Assembly (NCBI GenBank): GCA_965222155.1
Contig: CBDCTH010000012.1
Coordinates: 544,001 to 608,000 of the forward strand
Direction of reading: 5' to 3'
Source of the DNA: Gammaproteobacteria bacterium
GTDB lineage: Bacteria; Pseudomonadota; Gammaproteobacteria; Eutrophobiales; Eutrophobiaceae
DNA: 64,000 nt
Position 1 is the stretch's first letter; each line of letters begins with the position of its first letter. Below the pieces are notes generated by a model, which worked only from the letters and a program-made list of their open reading frames with translations, searched no databases and was not told where the DNA came from. Shown in pieces: positions 38,525-49,224 of this stretch. A program made the translations under genes and the position numbers.

Positions 38525-41500
38525 GTTTGAAACCAAGACCTGATTAAGAAGGGATTAAGACTTGCAATTGCTGCTAGTTGCCGGCTTCTAACGGTTTGAA
38601 ACCAAGACCTGATTAAGAAGGGATTAAGACCCGTTGGCTTGTTCGTGTAGTTCTTGCGCCGGCAACATGGTTTGAAACCAAGACCTGATTAAGAAGGGAT
38701 TAAGACGGACTATCTATGCATATGGTTCCCCGTCGCAGCGTTTGAAACCAAGACCTGATTAAGAAGGGATTAAGACGGACTGTGTAGATTGGTTTCCAGG
38801 TACGCTAATTGGTTTGAAACCAAGACCTGATTAAGAAGGGATTAAGACACAGTGTGTTAGTTTGTATGACAGCAAAGTTTTTTGTTTGAAACCAAGACCT
38901 GATTAAGAAGGGATTAAGACGGTTCCATCACCTTGTACATTGCCGGGTTACCTGCGTTTGAAACCAAGACCTGATTAAGAAGGGATTAAGACTTGTTTTA
39001 CTGTTTGTTTGGTCGTCGTTCCATCCCGTTTGAAACCAAGACCTGATTAAGAAGGGATTAAGACTGTAAATATGCTGCGGTATTGTATGTTTGCTCTGTT
39101 TGAAACCAAGACCTGATTAAGAAGGGATTAAGACCTATTTTTCTCAGTCCTTCTTTCATTTGCTGGTCCAGGTTTGAAACCAAGACCTGATTAAGAAGGG
39201 ATTAAGACGTCTGTTTTTTCTTTCAGCATCACACCCAGGGCAGTGTTTGAAACCAAGACCTGATTAAGAAGGGATTAAGACTAGTTGCCTTCTCGTCATA
39301 TGCTGTCACTACGTTTCCATGTTTGAAACCAAGACCTGATTAAGAAGGGATTAAGACGTTACTTTTTCGATGTGCTGCGGGTTGTATTCCGGGTTTGAAA
39401 CCAAGACCTGATTAAGAAGGGATTAAGACCTAAAGTTATATACCCCACCCCTTACTTTTTCGTACAGTTTGAAACCAAGACCTGATTAAGAAGGGATTAA
39501 GACGGCACGATTTTTGTGGCGAGGCGCTTGCCGTTGACTTTGTTTGAAACCAAGACCTGATTAAGAAGGGATTAAGACCCCGTTTCGTCGGGCTCACTTG
39601 GCCAGCAGTGTCCAGTTTGAAACCAAGACCTGATTAAGAAGGGATTAAGACAGCACTGTCCAGACGCATTGACATAGAGTAGGCGAGGTTTGAAACCAAG
39701 ACCTGATTAAGAAGGGATTAAGACGCATTTTTTTCATGTGGTCTTTTGTTTCTTCAGGCAGTTTGAAACCAAGACCTGATTAAGAAGGGATTAAGACGAC
39801 CGTACGGGATTCGGGTCGTTGTGGTGTTCTGAGTTTGAAACCAAGACCTGATTAAGAAGGGATTAAGACGACAATAGGTTTCTCCGTCTTCGATGTCTGT
39901 TATTAGTTTGAAACCAAGACCTGATTAAGAAGGGATTAAGACAACCACAGGCCATTCCGCAGGCCATCGGAAGGCACTCTAAGTTTGAAACCAAGACCTG
40001 ATTAAGAAGGGATTAAGACACAGCTGTCTTGACGGCTTCCGACTTGATAGCGTCGTTTGAAACCAAGACCTGATTAAGAAGGGATTAAGACCCAGTATCT
40101 TTTTCATCAGTTGTTCCGCCCTCTCCGCGTTTGAAACCAAGACCTGATTAAGAAGGGATTAAGACACTGTTTTCATGATATACCCTCTCTGGGTTGATGG
40201 GTTTGAAACCAAGACCTGATTAAGAAGGGATTAAGACTTTCTGCGTGCAGCTCGTCCCGATCTTTGCTCACGCTGTTTGAAACCAAGACCTGATTAAGAA
40301 GGGATTAAGACGACAAATACAGAAGCTTATCCTGTACGAGGCCGTACGTTTGAAACCAAGACCTGATTAAGAAGGGATTAAGACGTGAGGGCCTTCTTGA
40401 CAGCTGCCTTGACGGCATCCGTTTGAAACCAAGACCTGATTAAGAAGGGATTAAGACGGTCTATCTCCGACTTGTATCTGCTTTTGACTTTTTCGTTTGA
40501 AACCAAGACCTGATTAAGAAGGGATTAAGACCATAATAAATAATATGCACCTCTCGGCGATTGCTCTGTTTGAAACCAAGACCTGATTAAGAAGGGATTA
40601 AGACAGAAGCGTTTCCTGTATAGCCTTGTACGGGATTTGGGTTTGAAACCAAGACCTGATTAAGAAGGGATTAAGACTGTAGTACCTTGACGGTACTTTT
40701 AGATTTATCCCTGCGTTTGAAACCAAGACCTGATTAAGAAGGGATTAAGACCCGTCACCAGCATGCGTATCCTTAATTTCACTATCGTTTGAAACCAAGA
40801 CCTGATTAAGAAGGGATTAAGACGTCAGGCTTGGTCGCTCGTCTTGGTTTGAAACCAAGACCTGATTAAGAAGGGATTAAGACCCAGTCTTTGGTTTGCT
40901 ATTGCGTTACGTGTCAAAGTTTGAAACCAAGACCTGATTAAGAAGGGATTAAGACGAACTGGTACGTTCTTTACTTTTGCCCGCATTGTTTGAAACCAAG
41001 ACCTGATTAAGAAGGGATTAAGACTTCTTGTAGTAGAACACCAGCACCTGTTCGCCATTATTGTTTGAAACCAAGACCTGATTAAGAAGGGATTAAGACT
41101 ATCGAATCAATCATCACTCTTACATCGCTTACGTTTGAAACCAAGACCTGATTAAGAAGGGATTAAGACGTCACGAGCATAGAATACATGCCCATTCCCC
41201 TCATGGTTTGAAACCAAGACCTGATTAAGAAGGGATTAAGACCAATCTCTGATCTTGTCATTCCGCTTTTTCTGCGCATGGTTTGAAACCAAGACCTGAT
41301 TAAGAAGGGATTAAGACTCTCTAGCTGCTTTCCTTGCCAGTCCACGTCAAACCGCTGTTTATCTAACCTAGGTTTGAAACCAAGACCTGATTAAGAAGGG
41401 ATTAAGACCTATAGTAAGTTAATCGAATCTTGACCGTAGCGTAAGTTTGAAACCAAGACCTGATTAAGAAGGGATTAAGACCCAACATATCGTAATCTAA

Positions 41501-42353
41501 TTTCTGCTTGACAACTGTTTGAAACCAAGACCTGATTAAGAAGGGATTAAGACTGCACATAGATATCGTTAGTTCTTCTCTCTGGAATAGTTTGAAACCA
41601 AGACCTGATTAAGAAGGGATTAAGACACTGAACATAACGTGTATTGCGTATTCCTCAATAAGTTTGAAACCAAGACCTGATTAAGAAGGGATTAAGACCT
41701 TTCCAATACCAACACGCTTCATTAAGCCGCTGAGAGTTTGAAACCAAGACCTGATTAAGAAGGGATTAAGACCAATAATTTTTGTCGTTACTCAGGGTTA
41801 TTACTGCGTTTGAAACCAAGACCTGATTAAGAAGGGATTAAGACACATGCTTATTTATGTGGACTAAACCAACCACCTCTCGTTTGAAACCAAGACCTGA
41901 TTAAGAAGGGATTAAGACCTTGGACTACTTGCTTAGTTGTTAGGTCTTGGTTTGGTTTGAAACCAAGACCTGATTAAGAAGGGATTAAGACCTTCCCCTA
42001 AGTAACCGGCGCCGAACGCCTACGTTTGAAACCAAGACCTGATTAAGAAGGGATTAAGACCCTCCTGCGTGCGTCATCTGGTAGGAAACTTGACCCTTCG
42101 TTTGAAACCAAGACCTGATTAAGAAGGGATTAAGACGAGATCGGTGACATCCACTTTCAGGGTAATGATCTGTTTGAAACCAAGACCTGATTAAGAAGGG
42201 ATTAAGACTGGACGGCTTGGCGCACCTCTGTATTCTGGCTGGCGTTTGAAACCAAGACCTGATTAAGAAGGGATTAAGACACTGCCGGAGCTTTTTTATA
42301 CTTCTTCCACTCCGTCGTTTGAAACCAAGACCTGATTAAGAAGGGATTAAGAC
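38525..42353 (+). CRISPR. CRISPR array, 53 repeats of 37 nt and 52 spacers
   Basis: GTTTGAAACCAAGACCTGATTAAGAAGGGATTAAGAC, counted manually; spacers mostly 32-40 nt; 3' ATTAAGAC tag and leader position give + orientation. Confidence 0.98.
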
Positions 42354-42364
42354 TTACAGCTTCT

Positions 42365-42836
42365 AGTAAAAAATGGAGACCCCCCAGCTCTGCTGGGGAG
42401 GCACGCGCAGTTTGACAGTTCCAGAAATCTCATGGTAACCCCCAAGTGTGAGCCGCCCAGCATCACACGCAGGAGAAACCATGAGAAAAGTAAGCAGTTT
42501 AAACCCCAGATGTTGTCGATACCGCCGAAGTGTGCGGTATCCCAGGTGGTCGGGTTTATCAAAAGGAGGAGTGCGATCCATATTGCCCGGGGGTATTTCG
42601 GTGGGCAGAGGAATTATGTGGGCCAAAGGGTATGTTATCTCGACCGTGGGGCGAGATGAGCAGGTGATACGGGAGTATAGATGTCACCAGGAAAAAGAAG
42701 ATCGACGCATCGAGCAACTGAACTTGGTGTAGGAACCGACCCCTTCAGGGGTCTCAAGGAGCCGTGAGGCTCCGTTAACGCCGCTTTGAGCGGCTCACAA
42801 ATTTAAAGCCCCCGGCTCTGCCGGGGGATATTTACT
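42365..42836 (+). mobile_element. Defective IS200-family element (deleted, frameshifted Y1 tnpA)
   Basis: Subterminal hairpins CCCCAGCTCTGCTGGGG and CCCCCGGCTCTGCCGGGGG; fragments SIPPK.AVSQVVGFIK..SAIHIAR and WAKGY.ISTVGRDEQVIREY. Confidence 0.88.
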
Positions 42837-42853
42837 CATACTGAAAATAAATC

Positions 42854-43369
42854 TTATCGATTGATAAGCATCTGATAACGATTTCTTTGGACGTCAATGT
42901 TTTTTTCATAGGCTATTTTTGCGATCTCAACATCCTGCGTTTTTGGCTTTATTTTTATCCTGGGGTTCTTGAGGAACCAGTCAGCCACTTCGTAGAAATG
43001 CCAGAGTGGAACACTTCCGGAAACACTGGGACTGGGAAAAGTTGAATTTTCGGCCGTTGCCATTCTCCAGACGTTTTGACGCGAACACTCCAGCAGCGCG
43101 GCTATATCGGAAATGCCTACCAGATCGGGTTTCAATTCTATCAATTCCGCATCGGGAATTGCATTCTGCACATCATGGACAGCCTGCCGGATCGCGTTCT
43201 CTGCTGATTTTGCATTACGTGAAAAATTCAAAGCGATTGAACCCGGCATGCCGATTCCAACCAACGCGTCATCACAACCCGCTTCATATAAAGCATCCAG
43301 GTAGTTCTCCGGATTTCTTCTGTCCTCAGACAATACGAAGGTTAAAGTGAAATTGTAGGAATTCGACAT
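42854..43369 (-). CDS. Putative antitoxin/DNA-binding protein (HicB-like fold plus HTH)
   Basis: DALYEAGCDDALVG.G, PDLVG.SDIA.L...SRQN, FP.P. Confidence 0.75.
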   Translation of the reverse strand: MSNSYNFTLTFVLSEDRRNPENYLDALYEAGCDDALVGIGMPGSIALNFSRNAKSAENAIRQAVHDVQNAIPDAELIELKPDLVGISDIAALLECSRQNVWRMATAENSTFPSPSVSGSVPLWHFYEVADWFLKNPRIKIKPKTQDVEIAKIAYEKNIDVQRNRYQMLINR

Positions 43370-43621
43370 CTTGCTTATTTCTGGTTATCGACAGTTCCGT
43401 AGATACAACCGTCGATCTTCTTTCGTAATCTTCTGGCAAAGTTGCCGGGATTTTTCGGAGTACTCCAGACCTACATGCGGCATGAGTCCACACCGGCAAT
43501 CAGCGCTATTTTGAGGGCATTGCAATATCCCCCAAGCATGGCCGCCGGCTGCTTTCACGGACCAACCTTTTGTCCTCGCATAGCGAATGACATCATCAAT
43601 CTCCTTATTGGGATGCTTCAT
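43370..43621 (-). pseudogene. HicA-like putative toxin, frameshifted
   Basis: HPNKEI...YA..KGW...GHAWG.L.CP...CRCG, then a shifted frame CRM*VWSTPKNPGNFARRLRKKIDGC. Confidence 0.65.
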
Positions 43622-43654
43622 CTACTTCCTTCGGCGATTGTAGAAAGCTTACTA

Positions 43655-43758
43655 TAGGGAACCTCTAATAATAGACATTTTTCGATACACAGGGTCGCTA
43701 ACTTATTGAAATCATTGACCGCTAATATATCAATTTGTGAATAAATAGAGGTTCCCTA
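43655..43758. mobile_element. 104-bp MITE with terminal inverted repeats (IS5-like ends)
   Basis: TAGGGAACCTCT...AGAGGTTCCCTA. Confidence 0.65.
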
Positions 43759-43895
43759 CACTCGGACATGCAAGAGGCCGTCTCTGGAGTATTAATCTTT
43801 TCAGTTTCATCGACGCTATTGCCACGTTGGTTACTCCCGCGAAAAGGGCTGACCCACATATCTTGTATGTTCTCTGAAGGGCCGGATGCCCAGGT

Positions 43896-46302
43896 TCAGA
43901 AGCGGTAGGCCACCTCTACGCCCCAGGTCCGGGGGGCGCCTAAGACACAGCATTGCAGGCCGCCGCCTGTTGTCGGATCAACCAGGCTCAGGGTCGTGCC
44001 GATCGGCTGATTGAATATGGTCTGACAATACTCCTCAGCAAAGGCGTTGCGCACAAAGGCGGCCAGCTCCCAGCCCGCCGCGGCGCTGCGAATACCCAGA
44101 CGGGCATTGACGGTTTCATAACCCGATTGTATCGACTGCGGGTTGTTATTCGTTTCGGCGCCGACGTTCTGGGTACTGACGTATTGAAACTCACCACGCA
44201 CATACCAGGACAGGTCGACGCCCGGCAGGTTATCGGTCCATTCGCCCAGCAGGGATAACTGCCACCTGGGGGAGAAGTGGTTACGCTGCCCTGCCAGGTC
44301 CCGGGGTGGAACCGGACCGGCGGGCAGACCGGCCCGTTGCCGGCCCCTGTTTGTTTCCTGGACAGCGGCTACGACCGCGGGCAGATTGGTTGCATTGGGA
44401 AATGAGTCAAAATCCGAATCAAGAAAACTGACGCCCAGTAATCCGAAAAACCGGGGTATGGGGCGTACCTGAATATCGACTTCAACCCCTTGCTGTGTTA
44501 ATTCTCCAGTATTTTGCACGATAAAATTCACCCCATCGAATTGTCTGTCCTGAAAGTCTTCGATTTCCGTTCGGAACAGGGTGAGGTTGGCCGTCATTCG
44601 ATTATCCAACAAGGTACTCTTGAAGCCCAGTTCGTAGTTATCTACGGTTTCCGAACTGAAGGTTCTTGATGCGCCGCTGGCAAGTCCTATGGAATTAAAC
44701 CCTTCGGAATTAAACCCGCCTGATTTAAATCCCGTGGACGCCCCGCCAAATACCATCAAGTCATCGGTCAGGTAGTAGCTCAGGTTGGCCATCCAGGTGA
44801 CTTCTTCCTCGGTGAGATTCAGATCCGGCTCATTTTCCTGGGCGCGCAGGTCCAGACCGAACGGATTAGTTGCCGAGACCGGCGCAAGGATCGAATTATT
44901 GATGTTGCTGATAAAACTGCCCTCTTTATCGTCTTTGGTCCAACGGATGCCGCCGGTCAGGCGTAATTGCTCAGTCACGTTAACCGTAGCCTGACCGAAC
45001 AAGGCGTAGCTGGTGAGTTGCTGGTTGAATTGGGTGTCTACCGCGGTGGTCTGGGCGCCGTTGGCGCACTGTCCGGCCGCGGCGCGTCCCAACGCCGGCG
45101 CGCGGGCCAGGACACCGGCCTGAGCGGCCGCGCCGATGAGCATGGCGGCGGACTGGCCATCCAGCCCGAATTGCGCTGCCAGAATGGCCGGATCGGTAAT
45201 GGCGCCGACAACGATTGCCTGGGCGATGGCAGTAGCCAGTTGCACGTTGCCGCGTAGCATAGGCACGATGGCGGCTGTAAATTGAGGAATGGCCGCGCGG
45301 GCCACCTGCGCTTGGACCAGGTTGCTGACGGCCGGGCACAGGTCGGCGCCCAGGTCAAAATTCTGATCGATGGCATAGTCTTCGTCGTAAAAGTAAAAGC
45401 CGGCTACATACTCGAATTTAGCGCCGGTTGGCGAGATGATTTGCAACTCCTGGGAGACGGTTTCCGCATCATAGTGAGTAACGCGGTCAATCAGGGCGGC
45501 CGGCAGCCTGAGAGCGGATTCAAAGTTGTCGTTGTTCCAGTCCCGGAAAGCAGTAATGGAGCGGATGGTGTGTTCACCCACGGTCCAGTTCACAGCGCCG
45601 GCGATACCCCATTGTTCATCGTCCGCCCGAATCTTCCCAATCGCCAAACTCAGCGTCGTTGCCATTGCCGCTAAAGGTATTATCAGCAAACCCGTCACGG
45701 TCCATGTAATGAAATGATAATCGACCTGATACATTATCAGCCAAGCCGCCTGCTAATGCCCCCTGTACCCGCGCAGCATTGAAATTACCGTAGCTTGCCC
45801 GGACGGACCCTGCCAATTCATCACCGGGCTTTTTGGTGCGGATATTCAGGGCGCTCATGGAGGCATTGCGGCCGAATAGTGTTCCTTGCGGGCCGCGTAA
45901 TACCTCCACCATTTCCAGGTCCGTCAAGCCGCCCACGACGGAACCGGGGCGGGGATAATAAACACCGTCGATAAATACGGCCACACTGGGTTCAATGGCG
46001 TTGTTACCTACGGAACCGACTCCGCGCATGATGATCCGGTTATTGGCCACCTGGCTGGATTGAGTCAGGCTCAGGTTGGGCGTGTAGGCGCTGAGTTGTT
46101 GCAGATTGTCGATGCCGGACTCCTGCATGAAGTCACCGGAGAAGGCGGAGATCGAAATAGGAACGTCCTGCACGTTTTCCGCACGTTTTTGCGCGGTAAC
46201 GACAATCTCTTAAATTTGGGCCTGAGCTGGATGACTCAAGATGAGTGTTGCAGCCAGGATGAGATAGAACATTTTCTTAAGCGTTGTGGGATAATGATAC
46301 AT
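43896..46302 (-). pseudogene. TonB-dependent receptor pseudogene
   Basis: Signal peptide from 46302; in-frame TAA at 46212 just before EIVVTAQKR; plug motif EVLRGPQGTLFGRNA; deletion/frameshift near 45625; C-terminal PRTWGVEVAYRF. Confidence 0.88.
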
Positions 46303-46456
46303 TTTACCCCCCGCGAGTTGTCTGATGGATGTATCTCCGGCTGCGATGATTCTAACACAAAGTACGGGGCAAAACGCACCGATTTTTTATCCGGGAAAAG
46401 TCTCACATATTTCTGAACCTGGACACTAAAGCTACGCAGAACCGGTCTGAGATACA

Positions 46457-49198
46457 CTAATTCTTAGCGACCCGTATTGCGCAGAATTTGAATTCGGGGA
46501 TTTTGCCGAAGGGGTCCAGGGCGTCGTTGGTGATCAGGTTTGCGGCTGCTTCGTGGTAGGTGAAGGGCATCATGACGACGCCTGGCTGCAGGCCTTCGTC
46601 GACGCGGGTGGCGACGGTGAGCCTGCCGCGTCGGGATTCGATAGCCAGCAGGTCGCCCGATTCCATAGTCAGGGCGCGTAGATCTTCAGGGTTTATCAGG
46701 ATATACGGCCAGGGTTCGATGGTATTCAATACCCTGGAATGGCGTGTCATGGTGCCGGTGTGCCAGTGTTCCAGTTGCCGTCCGGTCATGAAGATGAAGG
46801 GATAGTCGTCATCGGGCAGTTCTGCCGCCTCAATATAATCAGCCGCCACAAAACGCCCCTTGCCGTCATGCGTCGGGAAAATGCCGTCTCTGAATATGAC
46901 CGGTTCACCCGGGTCATCTTCCCTGGTCAGCGGATAAGTCAGTGAATCGTCCTGCTCCAGGCGCGCCCAGGTCATGCCGGCCATGCTGGGCACGGCCTGC
47001 CTGATTTCCTCGAATACCGCTTCCGGTCCGGGATAAGCCCAGTCCAGCCCGAGACGCCGGGCCAGTTCCTGGATGATCCACAGGTCCTGGCGCGCATCCC
47101 CGGGCGGGGTGACGGCCTGCCGGCCCAACTGTACCCGTCGGTCGGTATTGGTAAAGGTGCCGGTTTTCTCTGGAAAAGCGGAGGCCGGCAGGATGACGTC
47201 GGCGAACCCGCAGGTTTCCGTGAAGAAAATGTCCTGTACGACCAGGTGTTGCAGTCGGGTGAGCGCCTCCCTGGCGTGCTGCAGGTTCGGGTCTGACATG
47301 GCAGGGTTCTCTCCCATGATGTACATGCCCGTGATTTCCCCAGCTTCAACGCTGTGCATGATCTCGACTACCGTCTTGCCGCTCTCCGGGTCCAGTTCCG
47401 TTCCCCAGAACTCCTCGAATTTCCTCTTTATTTCAGCATCGTTCACCGACTGGTAGTCCGGATACACCATCGGGATCAATCCCATGTCGGAGGCGCCCTG
47501 TACATTATTCTGTCCACGCAAGGGGTGCAGGCCGGTACCGGGCCGGCCGATTTGTCCCGTCATCAGCGCCAGTGAGATCAGGCAGCGCGCGTTATCCGTC
47601 CCGTGTACGTGCTGGGATATGCCCATTCCCCAGAAAATAATGGCCGTCTTTGCCGTCGCATACAGACGCGCCACCTCCTTGATGGTGTCTGCTGCGATAG
47701 CGCAGATCGGCGCCACTTTTTCCGGGCTGTATGCCTGCACCGTTTCCCTGAGCGCGGCAAAACCGTCGGTATGAGCATCGATAAAGGACTGGTCATGCAA
47801 TCCCTCATTGATGATCGTGTGCATCATCCCGTTCAACAGCAGCACGTCCGTACCGGGGTGCACTTGCAAAAACGCGTGGGCATGCAGGTACATCTCGGAA
47901 CTGTACGGTTCTATCACGATCAGTTTGCTGCCGTTTACAGCTGCATTTTTCATGAACGTGGCCGCGACCGGGTGATTATCGTTTGGCCGAGCGCCTATTA
48001 CGATGATGACCTCCGCCTGGGTGCCGTCTGCCACCTGGTTGGAGACCGCGCCCGAGCCGATGGTTTCCAGCAGGGCGGCAACCGAGGAGGCATGGCACAG
48101 TCGGGTGCAATGATCCACGTTATTGGTGCCGAAGCCGGTGCGTACCAGTTTCTGGAACAGGTAGGCTTCTTCGTTGCTGCCCTTGGCGCAGCCGAATCCG
48201 GCCAGGGCCTGAGAACCTGCCGTATCACGGATGGAACGCAGACCGGACGCGGCCACGTCCAGCGCTTCCTCCCAGCTTGCTTCGCGGAAATATCGGTGCA
48301 ACGACCGGGACTCGATAATCTGCGGGGCCTTGGGCGTACCGGGTTTCCGGATCAGCGGCCTCGTCAAACGAGCGGGATGATGCACGTAGTCGAACCCGTA
48401 ACGTCCCTTTACGCAAAGGCGGCTCTGGTTGGAGGGGCCGTCCCGGCCTTCAATGTATTGTATGTGGTTGTTTTTTACGTTGAATGTCAACAGGCAGCCT
48501 ACCCCGCAATAGGGGCAGACGGAAGCGACCTGTTTGTCCGGTTTTACCAGACCCACGTTCCTGGCCGGCATCAGGGCGCCGGTAGGACAGGCCTGCACGC
48601 ATTCGCCACAGGCCACACAGGTGCTCTCGCCCATCAGGTCACCCATGTCGAATACGATTTCGGAGTGCTTGCCGCGCATGGCGTAACCGATAACGTCGTT
48701 CACCTGTTCTTCCCGGCAGGCGCGTATGCAACGGGTGCACTGGATACAGGCATCCAGGTTGACCGCGATCGCGGGGTGCGACAAGTCCGGAGCGACCGGC
48801 TCGCGCGGCTCGAAGCGGGGAGAGAATACGTTCAACTTCGTGGCCCAGTGGTCCAGTTCCGAGTCCAGGCGGTAGGGCGACGCGCCCTGTTGCGGCATGT
48901 CGGCCAGTAATAATTCCAATACCATTTTCTGCGAGTGGAGCACGCGCTCCGTGGCGCTGTTGACCTTCATGGCGGCGGCCGGTTTACGGCAGCAGGACGG
49001 CGCCAGGGTGCGCTCGCCCTCTATCTCTACCATGCAGACGCGACAGTTCCCATCGGTCCGATAGCCTTCCTTATAGCAGAGTCGGGGAATCTCCACCCCG
49101 TGATGTTCCGCCGCCTGCAGGATGGTTTCGTCCGCGCCGGCCTCGATATCCTGTCCGTTCAGGAAAAATTGGATCGTTGTTTCAGCTTCAGTCCTCAT
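46457..49198 (-). CDS. fdhF: Formate dehydrogenase alpha subunit (Cys-type Mo/W-bisPGD with N-terminal Fe-S)
   Basis: CPYCGVGC, DHCTRLCHASS, PLRGQNNVQG, KIPEFKFCA. Confidence 0.95.
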   Translation of the reverse strand: MRTEAETTIQFFLNGQDIEAGADETILQAAEHHGVEIPRLCYKEGYRTDGNCRVCMVEIEGERTLAPSCCRKPAAAMKVNSATERVLHSQKMVLELLLADMPQQGASPYRLDSELDHWATKLNVFSPRFEPREPVAPDLSHPAIAVNLDACIQCTRCIRACREEQVNDVIGYAMRGKHSEIVFDMGDLMGESTCVACGECVQACPTGALMPARNVGLVKPDKQVASVCPYCGVGCLLTFNVKNNHIQYIEGRDGPSNQSRLCVKGRYGFDYVHHPARLTRPLIRKPGTPKAPQIIESRSLHRYFREASWEEALDVAASGLRSIRDTAGSQALAGFGCAKGSNEEAYLFQKLVRTGFGTNNVDHCTRLCHASSVAALLETIGSGAVSNQVADGTQAEVIIVIGARPNDNHPVAATFMKNAAVNGSKLIVIEPYSSEMYLHAHAFLQVHPGTDVLLLNGMMHTIINEGLHDQSFIDAHTDGFAALRETVQAYSPEKVAPICAIAADTIKEVARLYATAKTAIIFWGMGISQHVHGTDNARCLISLALMTGQIGRPGTGLHPLRGQNNVQGASDMGLIPMVYPDYQSVNDAEIKRKFEEFWGTELDPESGKTVVEIMHSVEAGEITGMYIMGENPAMSDPNLQHAREALTRLQHLVVQDIFFTETCGFADVILPASAFPEKTGTFTNTDRRVQLGRQAVTPPGDARQDLWIIQELARRLGLDWAYPGPEAVFEEIRQAVPSMAGMTWARLEQDDSLTYPLTREDDPGEPVIFRDGIFPTHDGKGRFVAADYIEAAELPDDDYPFIFMTGRQLEHWHTGTMTRHSRVLNTIEPWPYILINPEDLRALTMESGDLLAIESRRGRLTVATRVDEGLQPGVVMMPFTYHEAAANLITNDALDPFGKIPEFKFCAIRVAKN

Positions 49199-49224
49199 GG
49201 CTTATATCTGCTTGTTGTCCTGCG

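Noticed and set aside
40825-41345. ORFs within the CRISPR array
   Set aside because: Translations of repeats and spacers
42137-42171. Spacer 50 sharing CAGGGTAATGATCT with 50278-50291 (self-targeting)
   Set aside because: Only 14 nt match and the rest differs; compatible with chance
48080-48120. Selenocysteine recoding in formate dehydrogenase
   Set aside because: The active-site codon reads Cys (RLCHASS) and there is no in-frame TGA
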